Assembly: GCA_963665125.2 (NCBI GenBank)
Contig: CAXXUK010000001.1
Location: 3,008,001-3,072,000, forward strand
From: an uncultured Desulfarculus sp.
GTDB lineage: Bacteria > Desulfobacterota > Desulfarculia > Desulfarculales > Desulfarculaceae
Direction: 5' to 3'
Length of the DNA stretch: 64,000 bases
Shown piece after piece: positions 40,446 through 50,645 of the stretch. The notes beneath the pieces are model-generated. The model had not been told where the DNA came from. It searched no databases and worked only from the letters and a program-made list of their open reading frames with translations. The first letter of the stretch is position 1, and every line of letters begins with the position of its first letter. Position numbers and translations under genes: made by a program.

Positions 40446-42923
40446 ATGCCGGGCAGGATCATTCGCAAATTACGCGGTCTGCCGGTGGGTTACAGGCTGG
40501 GCCTGACGTTTCTGACCTTGGCGGTTCTGGTGGCTGTATCAATCATCGGCGTCACCCACGAAATGGCCAAACAGTTCATCATCGGCAGCCTGGAAACCAG
40601 GCTGGAACGCGAACTGTCCTACATAAAGGGCCATATCCGCAGTAATGATCCTTCCAAAGTCGAAGATTCCCTGTTGGAAATAATGGTTATTTTTTCGCCC
40701 GGCCGGGCGCCGGGACAGGGTTTTTCCTACTTAATCGATTCCAAAGGCCGAACCATTCTTCCGGAGTTGTACCATGGAGCAGTCATCCCTTCGGAAAAGG
40801 CCTTGGCCGGTCTGGCAGCCAAAAGCAACGGCTTTGAATCCGCATCCATCAATGGTGAATTGTACTGGTTCAAATTTGAAAAAGAACCTGTTACAGGCAA
40901 TATCCTCGTCGCGCAAATAGCCGACAAGGATGTTTCGGCCATTTTCAACCGGCTGCGCATGGTGCTGGTTACATTGGCCATCGCCCTGGGCACCGCCATG
41001 GCCCTTTTCGCCATATTCATAACCAACCGCAGCATCACCCGGCCCCTGCGCCGGCTGACCGCCGATGCGGAACGGGTCACCGCCGGAGACATGACCCCGC
41101 CGGAGGTGCTGAGCCGTCATGACGAGTTGGGCCGCTTGTCCCGTTCCCTGCGCAAGATGACCATTGCCTCGCTGGAAATGATCCAGCACGTCGAAAACAA
41201 TGAAAAACGTTTCCGCAGGCTGTTCTCCGACACCAGGGACGCCGCATTCATAATAGACAGCAACAACCATGTGACCGACCTGAACCCGGCGGGCATGCGC
41301 ATTTTCGGGATGAAAAACAGCGAAGATTACACGGGCATGACCACCGACTTTTTCTTCGCTGACACCGGGCAATGGCATCAGTATCTCGAAAAGCTCCTGG
41401 AAAACGGTTTTGTCCAAAATTATCCGGTCACGCTCAAACGCATGGACGGCGAGGCATTTGACGCCCTGGTAACGGTCACCAGCCGCGGCGAAGGCCGGGG
41501 GAGCTTCGGCCTACTCCGGGACGTCACCGAGATGCGCAGGGCCGAGGCCGAAATAAAGGCCAGCGAGGCACGCTACCGCCGCCTGGTGGAAAACGCCCCC
41601 AGCATCGTCTATCGCTGGTCCATCAAGGACCGCCGCTTTGAATACGTCAACAACACGGTATTCCGGATTACCGGCCGTACCCCGGACGAAATCATCAAAA
41701 GCAATGACATATTGATCAATGCCATTCCCCTGGATGTTCGCACCCAGACCCTGAAGCACTGGTTCGATCAGATGGAGGGCAAGCCGCCGGATATCCGCGA
41801 ACAACAATTCGCCCTGGAAGACCGCTACGGCGGCATCCACTGGATCATGGAACGAGCCATCACCGTGCGGGACGAAAACGGCGCACCGGCCTATCTTGAA
41901 GGCATCGGCACGGAAATAACCCGGCGCAAGCTGCTGGAAGAAGCCCTGCACCAGGGTCAACGCATGACCGAAAACACCCTGGCCGGCCTGCCCGTTCCAG
42001 TCATGGTTTTGGACCGTGAGCATAGGGTGGTCCATTGGAACCGGGCCATGGAGCGCCTTACCGGCATGCCCAGCCAAAAGGTCGTCGGTACGCGGCGTCA
42101 ATGGCAGCCTTTTTACGACCAGCAGCGCCCCACCCTGGCCGACCTGGTTTTGGCCGGCAATTATGAAGGCCTGGAGAAGTATTTCGGCGACAAGGGCCTC
42201 AAGCGCTCGGCATTGGTCGAAGGCAGCGTTGAATGCGAGGACTATTTCTGGGGCGATTCAGGCCAGGGACGCCATTTGTACATCAGCGCCGCGCCGATCA
42301 CCGACGAAAGCGGAAAAACAATCCGGGCCGTTGAAACCTTCATAGACATTACCGACCAGAAAAACCTTGAGCAGGAACTCAGGCTGATCTCAATAACCGA
42401 CGAATTGACAGGGCTTTACAACAAGCGCTTTTTCCACGCCACTCTTCTGCGCGAAATGGAAATGGCCCGCAGGTTTGAGCTGCCCCTGAGTTTATTGATG
42501 ATGGACCTGGATTTATTCAAGGATTACAACGATACTTATGGACACCTTGAGGGTGACAAGGCCCTGGCCAGGTTGGCCAACGAGGTGCGGTTGGTCGTCA
42601 GGGCGACTGATTTGCCATGCCGTTACGGCGGCGAGGAGTTCGCCGTGCTGCTGCCGCGCACTGATATCGATGAAGCGCTCAAGGTGGCCGAAAGGCTCAG
42701 GGCGTCCATTGAGGATATGGAACTTTGGCCCTTGCTTGAAGGCGGCAAACGCTCAAGGCGCACCATTACGGTGAGTATCGGCGCTGACCAACTGACCAAT
42801 GGAATGGACCAGGATCAATTTATTCGGTCGGCGGACCGGGCTCTTTACGACGCAAAGCAAAACGGACGCAACAAGGTTTGCCAGGCCAAGTCCACAACAC
42901 AACTGGGGCTGCAGCTTTCATAA
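40446..42923 (+). CDS. Membrane HAMP-PAS diguanylate cyclase
   Basis: Two TM segments, HAMP (DELG.L), three PAS domains, RATD I-site, GGEEF. Confidence 0.95.
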   Translation: MPGRIIRKLRGLPVGYRLGLTFLTLAVLVAVSIIGVTHEMAKQFIIGSLETRLERELSYIKGHIRSNDPSKVEDSLLEIMVIFSPGRAPGQGFSYLIDSKGRTILPELYHGAVIPSEKALAGLAAKSNGFESASINGELYWFKFEKEPVTGNILVAQIADKDVSAIFNRLRMVLVTLAIALGTAMALFAIFITNRSITRPLRRLTADAERVTAGDMTPPEVLSRHDELGRLSRSLRKMTIASLEMIQHVENNEKRFRRLFSDTRDAAFIIDSNNHVTDLNPAGMRIFGMKNSEDYTGMTTDFFFADTGQWHQYLEKLLENGFVQNYPVTLKRMDGEAFDALVTVTSRGEGRGSFGLLRDVTEMRRAEAEIKASEARYRRLVENAPSIVYRWSIKDRRFEYVNNTVFRITGRTPDEIIKSNDILINAIPLDVRTQTLKHWFDQMEGKPPDIREQQFALEDRYGGIHWIMERAITVRDENGAPAYLEGIGTEITRRKLLEEALHQGQRMTENTLAGLPVPVMVLDREHRVVHWNRAMERLTGMPSQKVVGTRRQWQPFYDQQRPTLADLVLAGNYEGLEKYFGDKGLKRSALVEGSVECEDYFWGDSGQGRHLYISAAPITDESGKTIRAVETFIDITDQKNLEQELRLISITDELTGLYNKRFFHATLLREMEMARRFELPLSLLMMDLDLFKDYNDTYGHLEGDKALARLANEVRLVVRATDLPCRYGGEEFAVLLPRTDIDEALKVAERLRASIEDMELWPLLEGGKRSRRTITVSIGADQLTNGMDQDQFIRSADRALYDAKQNGRNKVCQAKSTTQLGLQLS

Positions 42924-42956
42924 AATTGGTGGCAGCCAAACATCGATTTTGAAAAT

Positions 42957-44261
42957 GTGTGGCAAAATATGATCAACGATAAAGACGTCTCGATTTTCAG
43001 CATGGTCTCGTGCCTTTCCAATGCCCTGGACCTGGTGAGCCCGGCAGTGGCCCATCACCAGAAACGCACTGCATACATCGCCGCCGCCATCGGCCAAAAA
43101 ATGGGTTACGCCAGCGAGTTGCTGTCCTGGGTCATTTTGGCGGCAATGCTGCACGACTGCGGGGCCATGTCTCTTCAACACAAGCTCGACGCCCTGGATT
43201 TCGATTTTGATCTGGGAGACCCACACCACCATGCCGAAGTCGGGTACAAGTTTCTAATCAAGCTGGACAACCTTTTTCAGAATCCCAACCCGGTGACCAT
43301 TTCTAGCATGGTGCGCCACCATCACGTTAACTGGCAGAACGGCCAGGGCCGACGGTTCAGGGACCGCATCGTGGCAATGGAAAGCCATCTGATCCACTTG
43401 GCCGACAGGGTCGAGGTGTTGTGCAAGCGGGGGCGTCACCCCTTGGACCAGATCGACAACATCTGCGCCAAGATAGACAAGGCCTCGGGGACGGTGTTCG
43501 TGCCGGAGATGGTGGAGGCGTTCAAGCAGGTGGCCGTGCGCGAGTCGTTCTGGTTGAGCCTCGGCTATCCCAACGAGGTCGAATACTATCTGGAAAAAAC
43601 CACCGGACCAGCCGGGGCGGTGGGCAGCGATAACAAACTGTTAATCAGCGCCGCCGAAATCATTGCCGAGGTGGTGGACTTCCGAAGCCCCTTCACCGCA
43701 ACCCACTCCAGCGGCGTGGCCAAGGTGGCCCAGCAGATGGCCGCCATCGCTGGTTTTTCCAAAACCCAGTGCCTGATGATGGGCATAGCCGGCTCATTAC
43801 ACGATATGGGCAAGCTGGCGGTGCCATCGGAGATCTTGGACAAGCCTGGTTTGCTGGAACCGGCGGAGATGAGCATCATTAAAACCCACCCGTATCATAC
43901 CTACAGGCTGCTGAGGCCCTTCACCGGCATGAAGGAAATCGCCCAATGGGCGGCCTATCACCACGAAACAATGGACGGCTCGGGCTATCCCTTCCGACTA
44001 GGCTCCGATGATCTGCCCCTGGGCTCCCGGATTATCGCGGCGGCCGACATCTACACGGCCCTGACCGAAGACAGGCCATACCGTCAAGGTTTGTCCCGAG
44101 AAAAGGCCCTGGCCATCATCAAGGAGATGGCCAAGGCCGAAAAGCTTGACAAGCTTGTCGTGTCCCTGCTGCGCGAAAACGTGGACCAGATCGATGCCGC
44201 CAGGGTTCAAGCCCAGGATCAGCGGGTCAGGGATTACAACATTCTTCTCTCGGCAGCCTAA
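42957..44261 (+). CDS. HD-GYP cyclic-dinucleotide phosphodiesterase (tandem HD domains)
   Basis: LHDCG and LHDMGK, HHE.MDGSGYP, DRPYR. Confidence 0.93.
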   Translation: MWQNMINDKDVSIFSMVSCLSNALDLVSPAVAHHQKRTAYIAAAIGQKMGYASELLSWVILAAMLHDCGAMSLQHKLDALDFDFDLGDPHHHAEVGYKFLIKLDNLFQNPNPVTISSMVRHHHVNWQNGQGRRFRDRIVAMESHLIHLADRVEVLCKRGRHPLDQIDNICAKIDKASGTVFVPEMVEAFKQVAVRESFWLSLGYPNEVEYYLEKTTGPAGAVGSDNKLLISAAEIIAEVVDFRSPFTATHSSGVAKVAQQMAAIAGFSKTQCLMMGIAGSLHDMGKLAVPSEILDKPGLLEPAEMSIIKTHPYHTYRLLRPFTGMKEIAQWAAYHHETMDGSGYPFRLGSDDLPLGSRIIAAADIYTALTEDRPYRQGLSREKALAIIKEMAKAEKLDKLVVSLLRENVDQIDAARVQAQDQRVRDYNILLSAA

Positions 44262-44267
44262 ACCGGC

Positions 44268-44951
44268 CTATTGGCCGGACGTCTTGTCGCGGTAGGGGAA
44301 CCGCTGCATCACGTACTCAAGTCCGATCCCCGCGAATTGCCGCGCCGAGAACCACTGGATGCCGTGCCGAAGGTATTCGCCCAAGTTGAGCCAGTTGTCG
44401 GTGAGCGGCTTCTGAGTCTCGTCCCAACTGCCGGTCCAAATCAAAGAACCGTCTTCCGAAAGCACCAGGGCCAACTCGAAAGTCACCGCGGCGGGTTGTT
44501 CGGCCGAGGCGGCGCTGCCCACCCTCTCACGCCAGCGGTAGATGGCGCCCAAAAGCACTGCATCAACATTGAGCCTTCGGCCCAGCTTGGCAATGTCTTC
44601 GCGCTTGGCCAGCCAGACATCGCGGCCGATCATATCCCTTGCCACCAGGCCGGTCTGGTCAGCCGGCACGAAAGGTATGCTGGTTGTCTTGCGAAGCTGT
44701 TGTTCCAGCAGGTTGTTCATGACGTTGACGGCGTCGGGAGGTACGGTGCTGGAGGCGAAACAGCCGCCGGTAATGGCGCAGGTGGCCGCCGGAGCGTCGG
44801 CGGTGTCGGGCTGGGCGATGATAAAGGGCATCACCGCGAATTTGTCTATCTTGGCCGGAACCCTGCCGGATTGGGCCATGGCGACCCCGCAGGTAAAGAC
44901 AAACACCACGGCCAATACGGCAAAAACCAACTTCGCACTGTTTCTTGGCAT
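44268..44951 (-). CDS. Secreted hypothetical protein
   Basis: Signal peptide; AVMPF...LG..L.VDAVL.G pattern resembles the CsgG/TolB-N-like fold. Confidence 0.7.
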   Translation of the reverse strand: MPRNSAKLVFAVLAVVFVFTCGVAMAQSGRVPAKIDKFAVMPFIIAQPDTADAPAATCAITGGCFASSTVPPDAVNVMNNLLEQQLRKTTSIPFVPADQTGLVARDMIGRDVWLAKREDIAKLGRRLNVDAVLLGAIYRWRERVGSAASAEQPAAVTFELALVLSEDGSLIWTGSWDETQKPLTDNWLNLGEYLRHGIQWFSARQFAGIGLEYVMQRFPYRDKTSGQ

Positions 44952-45210
44952 TTTCAGTTTCCCTTCCCGATTGAAAACGGCTTTCCCTTGCCGAAAGGCC
45001 GCCTTGGATGCGCTCAGGCCTTCATTGTAGGTCAACGAGGCTCCAGCACCAAGCTTCATGGACGATCCGCCACTTTTTTAACCTCTGGGTTTAAATTATT
45101 TAGCATTTTTCCGCAAGCCCGGACTGACTTGGTTATTATTAATATAGATTACGGTTATTTGCGCGGTTGCATTTTTTTGCGGATCGATATGACCCGGCAA
45201 AGCAGGATAC

Positions 45211-47163
45211 ATGGGCGATAACACTAAAAATTTGAAAACCCGGATTTGGGAATTCCTAAAGCTGTTCATCCCATTGGCTCTTGTCCTTGTGGCCTTTGTG
45301 GGCTTTTTGGCCAACGGAAAGGCCAAAGGGGAAAACGAACGGCTCAAAGCGGATGAACGAAATCTGGTGCAGGTTGAAAAACACGTTTGTGAAACAGATT
45401 TGGCCGCCCACGTCGCCGATGCCGCTTTTCTGGCCTCGGCGGTGAGCCTCTTGTTGCCCAAGGGCGACAGCACCGACCTGGCCAACCTGAAAATAGCCAA
45501 CATTTTTTACGATTTCGCCAAAAGGTGTAACGTCTACTCCCAACTGCGCATTCTTGACGAATTCGGCATTGAAAGGCTTAGGGTCAACTGCCAGCCCGGA
45601 AGCATAACCTTCGCCTCCACCAAGGAGCTTCAGACCAAGACCCACAGCGAATATTTTTTGCATGGCTTGTCAATAGAACCAGGCGCGGTTTATGTATCGC
45701 CCATCGAACTGAACCGGGAAAGCGGCAGGTTGGAGGTCCCCTTCAATCCCACCTTGCGCCTGGCCAGCCCTATAACCGACCCCCAGGGACGCACCACCGG
45801 CCTGGTTGTGCTCAATTTCAAAGGCTCGGCCCTGTTTGACCGCATGCGCCAGGCCGCCGGTTATTCATCGGGTCAGATACTGCTGGTCAACAATGAGGGA
45901 TATTGGCTCATCGGTCCGGATCCGTCCCTGGAGTGGGGGCATTCGATTCCGGAACGCATGGCCCATAATTTTTCCGCGATTCACCCCCGGGCCTGGTCCC
46001 GAATTCAAAAGCAATCCCAGGGGCAGTTTATTACCGACGGTGGTCTGTTCACCTTTGCCAGTTTGCGGATTCAAAACAGGCCAAAGTCTTATGTGGTCAT
46101 ACGCACCGGCGCCTCGGGAGCTCCGATAATCATCAGCCTTGTTCCCGAATCCGAGCTTGCCGCGCCGTGGACGGGGCAGGTCGTATTCGGCACGGTTTTT
46201 TCGTTGTTGGTTTTAGCCATTGTTTGTTGGTTTTGGGCGCAGTCACGGGTAACCCGGCAAACCATCGAAGAAAACCTGCGCAACCGGGACAATATGCTCA
46301 CGGCGGTCAGCCTGTCTACCAGGGACGCCATTGTTGAAATAGACTGTCACGACAAAATACTGTTCTGGAGCAAGGCCGCTGAAGACATGTTCGGCTACAC
46401 CGAGGAGGAAGCCCGCCAAGGGAGGTTCCATGAGTTGATAGCCCCGGAACAGTACCACGAGGCCATCGCAAAGGGCATGGACAGGTTTGCCCAAACCGGA
46501 CGCGGGGTCGTCTTTGGGGGGCGTAGCGAGTTTACGGTAAAACGCAAAGACGGGTCCGAGTTGTCCGTGGAAGTGGAGGTCGTCCCCTTGTTGGATGGCG
46601 GCCACTGGCGGGCGGTGGGCGGCCTTCGCGATATCACCAAACGCAAGCTGGCCGAAAAACGGCTGAGGGAAATGGCCACCACCGACGCCTTGACCGGACT
46701 GGCCAACAGACGATTTTTTACCGAGTTGGCCCAGGCCGAGATAAACCGCACCAACCGCTACGGCGGACCGGTTTCGATGATTATGTTTGACGTTGACCGC
46801 TTCAAAAAGGTCAACGACACATTTGGCCATGACGTCGGCGACGAAGTCCTCAAGGCCCTATGCCAGACTGCCGCGAAAAACATTCGTGATGTAGATTTGT
46901 TGGGCCGCATCGGCGGCGAGGAATTCGCCGTGCTTCTTCCGGAGACCGGCTCCGGGGCCGCCGCGGAGGTGGCCGAACGCCTGCGGGCGGCCGTTGAAAA
47001 GGCCACCGCCCACACCACGGCCGGTGAAATAGGCTTCACCATCAGTCTGGGCGTCACCACCTGCGGGGGAGAACAGGCCGATCTGGCCAAGATGCTCAAA
47101 ACCGCCGACGACGCCATGTACCAGGCCAAAAACGACGGCCGCAATCTTGTGCGCGTGGCGTGA
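45211..47163 (+). CDS. Cache-PAS diguanylate cyclase
   Basis: TM-Cache-TM, PAS, RDVD I-site, GGEEF. Confidence 0.95.
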   Translation: MGDNTKNLKTRIWEFLKLFIPLALVLVAFVGFLANGKAKGENERLKADERNLVQVEKHVCETDLAAHVADAAFLASAVSLLLPKGDSTDLANLKIANIFYDFAKRCNVYSQLRILDEFGIERLRVNCQPGSITFASTKELQTKTHSEYFLHGLSIEPGAVYVSPIELNRESGRLEVPFNPTLRLASPITDPQGRTTGLVVLNFKGSALFDRMRQAAGYSSGQILLVNNEGYWLIGPDPSLEWGHSIPERMAHNFSAIHPRAWSRIQKQSQGQFITDGGLFTFASLRIQNRPKSYVVIRTGASGAPIIISLVPESELAAPWTGQVVFGTVFSLLVLAIVCWFWAQSRVTRQTIEENLRNRDNMLTAVSLSTRDAIVEIDCHDKILFWSKAAEDMFGYTEEEARQGRFHELIAPEQYHEAIAKGMDRFAQTGRGVVFGGRSEFTVKRKDGSELSVEVEVVPLLDGGHWRAVGGLRDITKRKLAEKRLREMATTDALTGLANRRFFTELAQAEINRTNRYGGPVSMIMFDVDRFKKVNDTFGHDVGDEVLKALCQTAAKNIRDVDLLGRIGGEEFAVLLPETGSGAAAEVAERLRAAVEKATAHTTAGEIGFTISLGVTTCGGEQADLAKMLKTADDAMYQAKNDGRNLVRVA

Positions 47164-47221
47164 CCGGCAGATCAGTTGTCTACTTGCTCCAATCGTGCGA
47201 CTGTGCTAGATTTTTCCAGCC

Positions 47222-47809
47222 ATGAGCAGCCAAAAGAAGACCGACGCATATTACAACAAGGCCAAGCGCGAAGGCTATGCCGCCCGCAGCGTGTATAAGT
47301 TGCAGGACATGGACAAACGCTATGGCCTCATGCGCCCGGGCCAGCGGGTTCTGGATTTCGGCTGTCATCCCGGATCATGGCTGCAATACGCGGCCAACCG
47401 GGTGGGGGCCAAGGGCTTGGTGGTGGGTCTGGACCTCCAGGAGCCCACGGTGAGCCTGCCCCCATGGGGCCATTTTGTCCAGGCGGACGTGCTGGAGATC
47501 ACGCCGGAAGATCTACTCGCGTTTTCACCGGCCTATGATCTGGTGCTAAGCGATGTGGCCCCCCGGACCACCGGCGTGCGTCACGCCGACGAGGCCCGCA
47601 GCCTGGAAATGCTGGAGGCCGTTCTGGATTTGGCCCTGGCGCTGTTGGAGCCAGGCGGGTCGTTTTTGGCCAAGGTTTACCAGGGACCAGGCGTGGATGA
47701 CGTAATCCACCGGGTCAAGGGCGCCTTCAAGCTGGGCAAGGGGCATAAACCGGCCGCATCCAAATCGGCCAGCAAGGAAATATATATTCTGGGCCGCGAA
47801 AAAAAATAA
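47222..47809 (+). CDS. rlmE: 23S rRNA Um2552 methyltransferase
   Basis: ARSVYKL, DFGCHPGSW, SDVAP, K.YQG, S.EIY. Confidence 0.93.
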   Translation: MSSQKKTDAYYNKAKREGYAARSVYKLQDMDKRYGLMRPGQRVLDFGCHPGSWLQYAANRVGAKGLVVGLDLQEPTVSLPPWGHFVQADVLEITPEDLLAFSPAYDLVLSDVAPRTTGVRHADEARSLEMLEAVLDLALALLEPGGSFLAKVYQGPGVDDVIHRVKGAFKLGKGHKPAASKSASKEIYILGREKK

Positions 47810-47848
47810 CGCCACCGGCCCACGAGTTTCGAATATTAGGAGGGTAGC

Positions 47849-48601
47849 ATGAGCGGTCACTCCAAGTGGAGCACCATCAAGCGCAAGAAAGGCGCAGCCG
47901 ACGCAAAGCGCGGCAAGATATTCACCAGGCTGATGAAGGAAATCACCGTCGCGGCCAAGATGGGCGGCGGCGATATCGACGGCAACCCCCGTCTGCGCAC
48001 CGCAGTACTGGCGGCCAAAGCCCAGAACATGCCCAAGGACAACATCCAAAAGGCCATCGACAAGGGCACGGGGTCTTTGGAAGGCGTCAACTACGACGAG
48101 ATCACCTACGAAGGTTACGGCATCGGCGGCGTGGCCTTTATCGTGGAGTGCCTCACCGACAACAAAAACCGCGCGGCCGCAGAAGTGCGCCACATCTTCA
48201 ACAAGCGCGGCGGCTCCCTGGCCAAAAGCGGCGCGGTGGCCTACATGTTCGAGGCCAAGGGCATCTTCACCTTTGACAAAGAGGCCATCGAGGAAGACCA
48301 GCTCATGGAAGTGGCCTTGGAAGCCGGTGCCGATGACGTCACCGATGAAGGCGATGTCTGGCAGGTGACCTGCGCGCCCACGGACTTCAACGGCGTTGGC
48401 GCCGCGTTCGAGGAAGCGGGCCTGGCCCCGGCCAGCGCCGAGGTGACCAAGATCGCCTCCACCACCGTGGACATCACCGACAAGGCCGACGCCAGCAAGG
48501 TGCTCAGCCTCTTCGAGGCCCTGGATGACGCCGACGACGTTCAAAACGTCTACTCCAACTTTGACATCGACGACGACGTAATGGCCGAGTTGGAGGACTA
48601 G
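47849..48601 (+). CDS. yebC: YebC/PmpR family protein
   Basis: MSGHSKWSTIKRKK, YEGYG, LTDN.NR, DDVQNVY. Confidence 0.97.
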   Translation: MSGHSKWSTIKRKKGAADAKRGKIFTRLMKEITVAAKMGGGDIDGNPRLRTAVLAAKAQNMPKDNIQKAIDKGTGSLEGVNYDEITYEGYGIGGVAFIVECLTDNKNRAAAEVRHIFNKRGGSLAKSGAVAYMFEAKGIFTFDKEAIEEDQLMEVALEAGADDVTDEGDVWQVTCAPTDFNGVGAAFEEAGLAPASAEVTKIASTTVDITDKADASKVLSLFEALDDADDVQNVYSNFDIDDDVMAELED

Positions 48602-48604
48602 GTT

Positions 48605-49111
48605 TTGGTTGATGCGCCCCTGCGGCTGATGGGCCTGGACCCTGGCTCCCAGCGCACGGGCTATGGAATCATCCAGGCCGGAGACAGGAGCAAGCCCGAA
48701 CTGGTTGCCGCCGGGGTCATCAGCGCCCCGGCCAAACAGCCCATGGAAAGGCGCCTCCAAAAGATATACCGGGAGCTGCGCGAGGTAATCGCCTCGCACC
48801 GGCCACAAGAAATGGCCGTGGAGGGAGTGTTCGCCGCCAAGAACGCCCGCACGGCCATTATGCTTGGCCAGGCCAGGGGCGTGGCCCTTTTGGCAGGGGC
48901 CCAGGACGGGCTGGAGGTCTTTGAGTATCCGCCGGCTTCGGTGAAGATGGCCCTGGTGGGCACGGGACGGGCCACCAAGGAACAGGTGCAGATGATGGTA
49001 AAGGCCATGCTCAACACCACGGCGCGGCTTCCGCTGGACGCCTCCGACGCCCTGGCCCTGGCCATCTGCCATCTGCAGAGCCGCAAACTCCTGGCCAAGG
49101 GGCTCAAATGA
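48605..49111 (+). CDS. ruvC: Holliday junction resolvase
   Basis: GLDPG, AVE..F, GQARG, DASDALA. Confidence 0.96.
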   Translation: MVDAPLRLMGLDPGSQRTGYGIIQAGDRSKPELVAAGVISAPAKQPMERRLQKIYRELREVIASHRPQEMAVEGVFAAKNARTAIMLGQARGVALLAGAQDGLEVFEYPPASVKMALVGTGRATKEQVQMMVKAMLNTTARLPLDASDALALAICHLQSRKLLAKGLK

Positions 49112-49701
49112 TCGCCAGCATCCGCGGACACATCCTGGCCAGACGGCCCGATCACGTGGTCATCGACGTGGGCGGCGTGGGCTACCGGGTGTTCGTGTCA
49201 ATCGACGCCTTTTGCCGTCTGCCCAACAACGGCGAAATCCACCTTTTCACCCACACCATCGTCCGCGACGACGCCATCCATCTCTACGGTTTCATGACCG
49301 AACGTGAATGGGAGGCCTTCCGCCTGCTGGTGGGTGTCAGCGGCGTGGGGCCAAAGCTGGCCATGGGCATCTTGAGCGGCATCCCTGTGGATGAATTATG
49401 GGCCGCGGTGCGCTCCGGCGATGCTGCCCGCCTGGCCAAGACGCCGGGCGTGGGCAAAAAAACCGCCGGACGCCTGGTGGTGGACCTGGCCGGGCGCCTG
49501 CCCAAGCAAGAGGACGCCGAGACCGCCGGAACCCCGACGGGAGGCATTTCGCCCGTTGTCGATGACGCCGTGGGCGCGCTGATGAATTTGGGATACCCGG
49601 AAGCAAAGGCCCAAAAGGCCGTGGACAAGGCCATGGCCGCCGCTGGTGACAACGCGGCCATAGAGGACGTGCTAAGGCTGGCCCTGAAAGAAATGGCCTG
49701 A
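49108..49701 (+). CDS. ruvA: Holliday junction branch migration protein
   Basis: GVGY, LYGF, VSGVGPK, PGVGKKTA. Confidence 0.97.
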   Translation: MIASIRGHILARRPDHVVIDVGGVGYRVFVSIDAFCRLPNNGEIHLFTHTIVRDDAIHLYGFMTEREWEAFRLLVGVSGVGPKLAMGILSGIPVDELWAAVRSGDAARLAKTPGVGKKTAGRLVVDLAGRLPKQEDAETAGTPTGGISPVVDDAVGALMNLGYPEAKAQKAVDKAMAAAGDNAAIEDVLRLALKEMA

Positions 49702-49764
49702 GCAGGTTGTCCTATATGGAAAATCACCTGCCGGACCGGCAACTAAACGAATGAGAGCCAACCC

Positions 49765-50400
49765 ATGAAAACAACGAGAAACATATTTATCATTGCCGCC
49801 CTGCTGCTGGGCCTGGCCCTGCCAAGCGCGGCATTGGCCGACGGCGTGGGCGGCCTGTGGCGCGCCGACAACGGCGATAAGATGGAGGTCCAGCCCGATC
49901 CCCAGAAGTTGATCATCACCGTTGTGCGGCAATATGGCCAAAGGGCCAAATTCGGCGGCTGGTGGACCACCCCGGGCCGCGCCTTCCAATTCAGGGTCCA
50001 GGGCCAAGGCCTGGTCAGCTGCGTATTGGACGAAGGCGATCCCAACATCATGCGCATGGAGTCGCGTCACGGCCCCAGCATTTGGCACCGCATGGAAACC
50101 CCGCCGCCCCCGCCGCCGCCACCCGGCCCCGAAGGCGCGACGCCGGCGGGCCTGTGGAAGTCCAATAACGGCAACAAAATCGATATATGGACCGACCCCC
50201 AAAAACTGGTCATCACCGTTGTTGGGCCCGGCGGCCAAAGGGCCAAATTCGGCGGCTGGTGGACCACCCCGGGCCGCGCCTTCCAATTCAGGGTCAAGGG
50301 CCAGGGTCTGGTCAGCTGCGTCATGGACGGAGGCAATCCCGACGCCATGATCGTGGAGACGCGCCACGGACGGGAAATCTGGCAGCGCATGCCCAGGTGA
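49765..50400 (+). CDS. Secreted protein with a duplicated ~85-aa beta domain and polyproline linker
   Basis: Signal peptide; two GLW...FGGWWTTPGRAFQFRV...W.RM domains; PPPPPPPP linker. Confidence 0.8.
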   Translation: MKTTRNIFIIAALLLGLALPSAALADGVGGLWRADNGDKMEVQPDPQKLIITVVRQYGQRAKFGGWWTTPGRAFQFRVQGQGLVSCVLDEGDPNIMRMESRHGPSIWHRMETPPPPPPPPGPEGATPAGLWKSNNGNKIDIWTDPQKLVITVVGPGGQRAKFGGWWTTPGRAFQFRVKGQGLVSCVMDGGNPDAMIVETRHGREIWQRMPR

Positions 50401-50412
50401 CACTCAGAAAAC

Positions 50413-50449
50413 GAGCAATAGCGCCGCCATCGTATCGGCGCTATTGCTC
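50413..50449. terminator. Perfect 14-bp-stem hairpin
   Basis: GAGCAATAGCGCCG-N9-CGGCGCTATTGCTC. Confidence 0.55.
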
Positions 50450-50645
50450 TGTGCCGTTGCGTCCTCCGCCGACTTCAAATAAGGCCGCGATACATTTTTC
50501 AATAGCGACTAAGACATTGCCGAAAGCGATTTATCAGCGGAAGGGCGCTGCCATAACGACGTATGCCTGCCCGCCCTCAAGGAGATGGCCTCCACAACCC
50601 GACAACATGTATAAAAACATCAGCCCTGGGGGGAAGAGGAACAAC

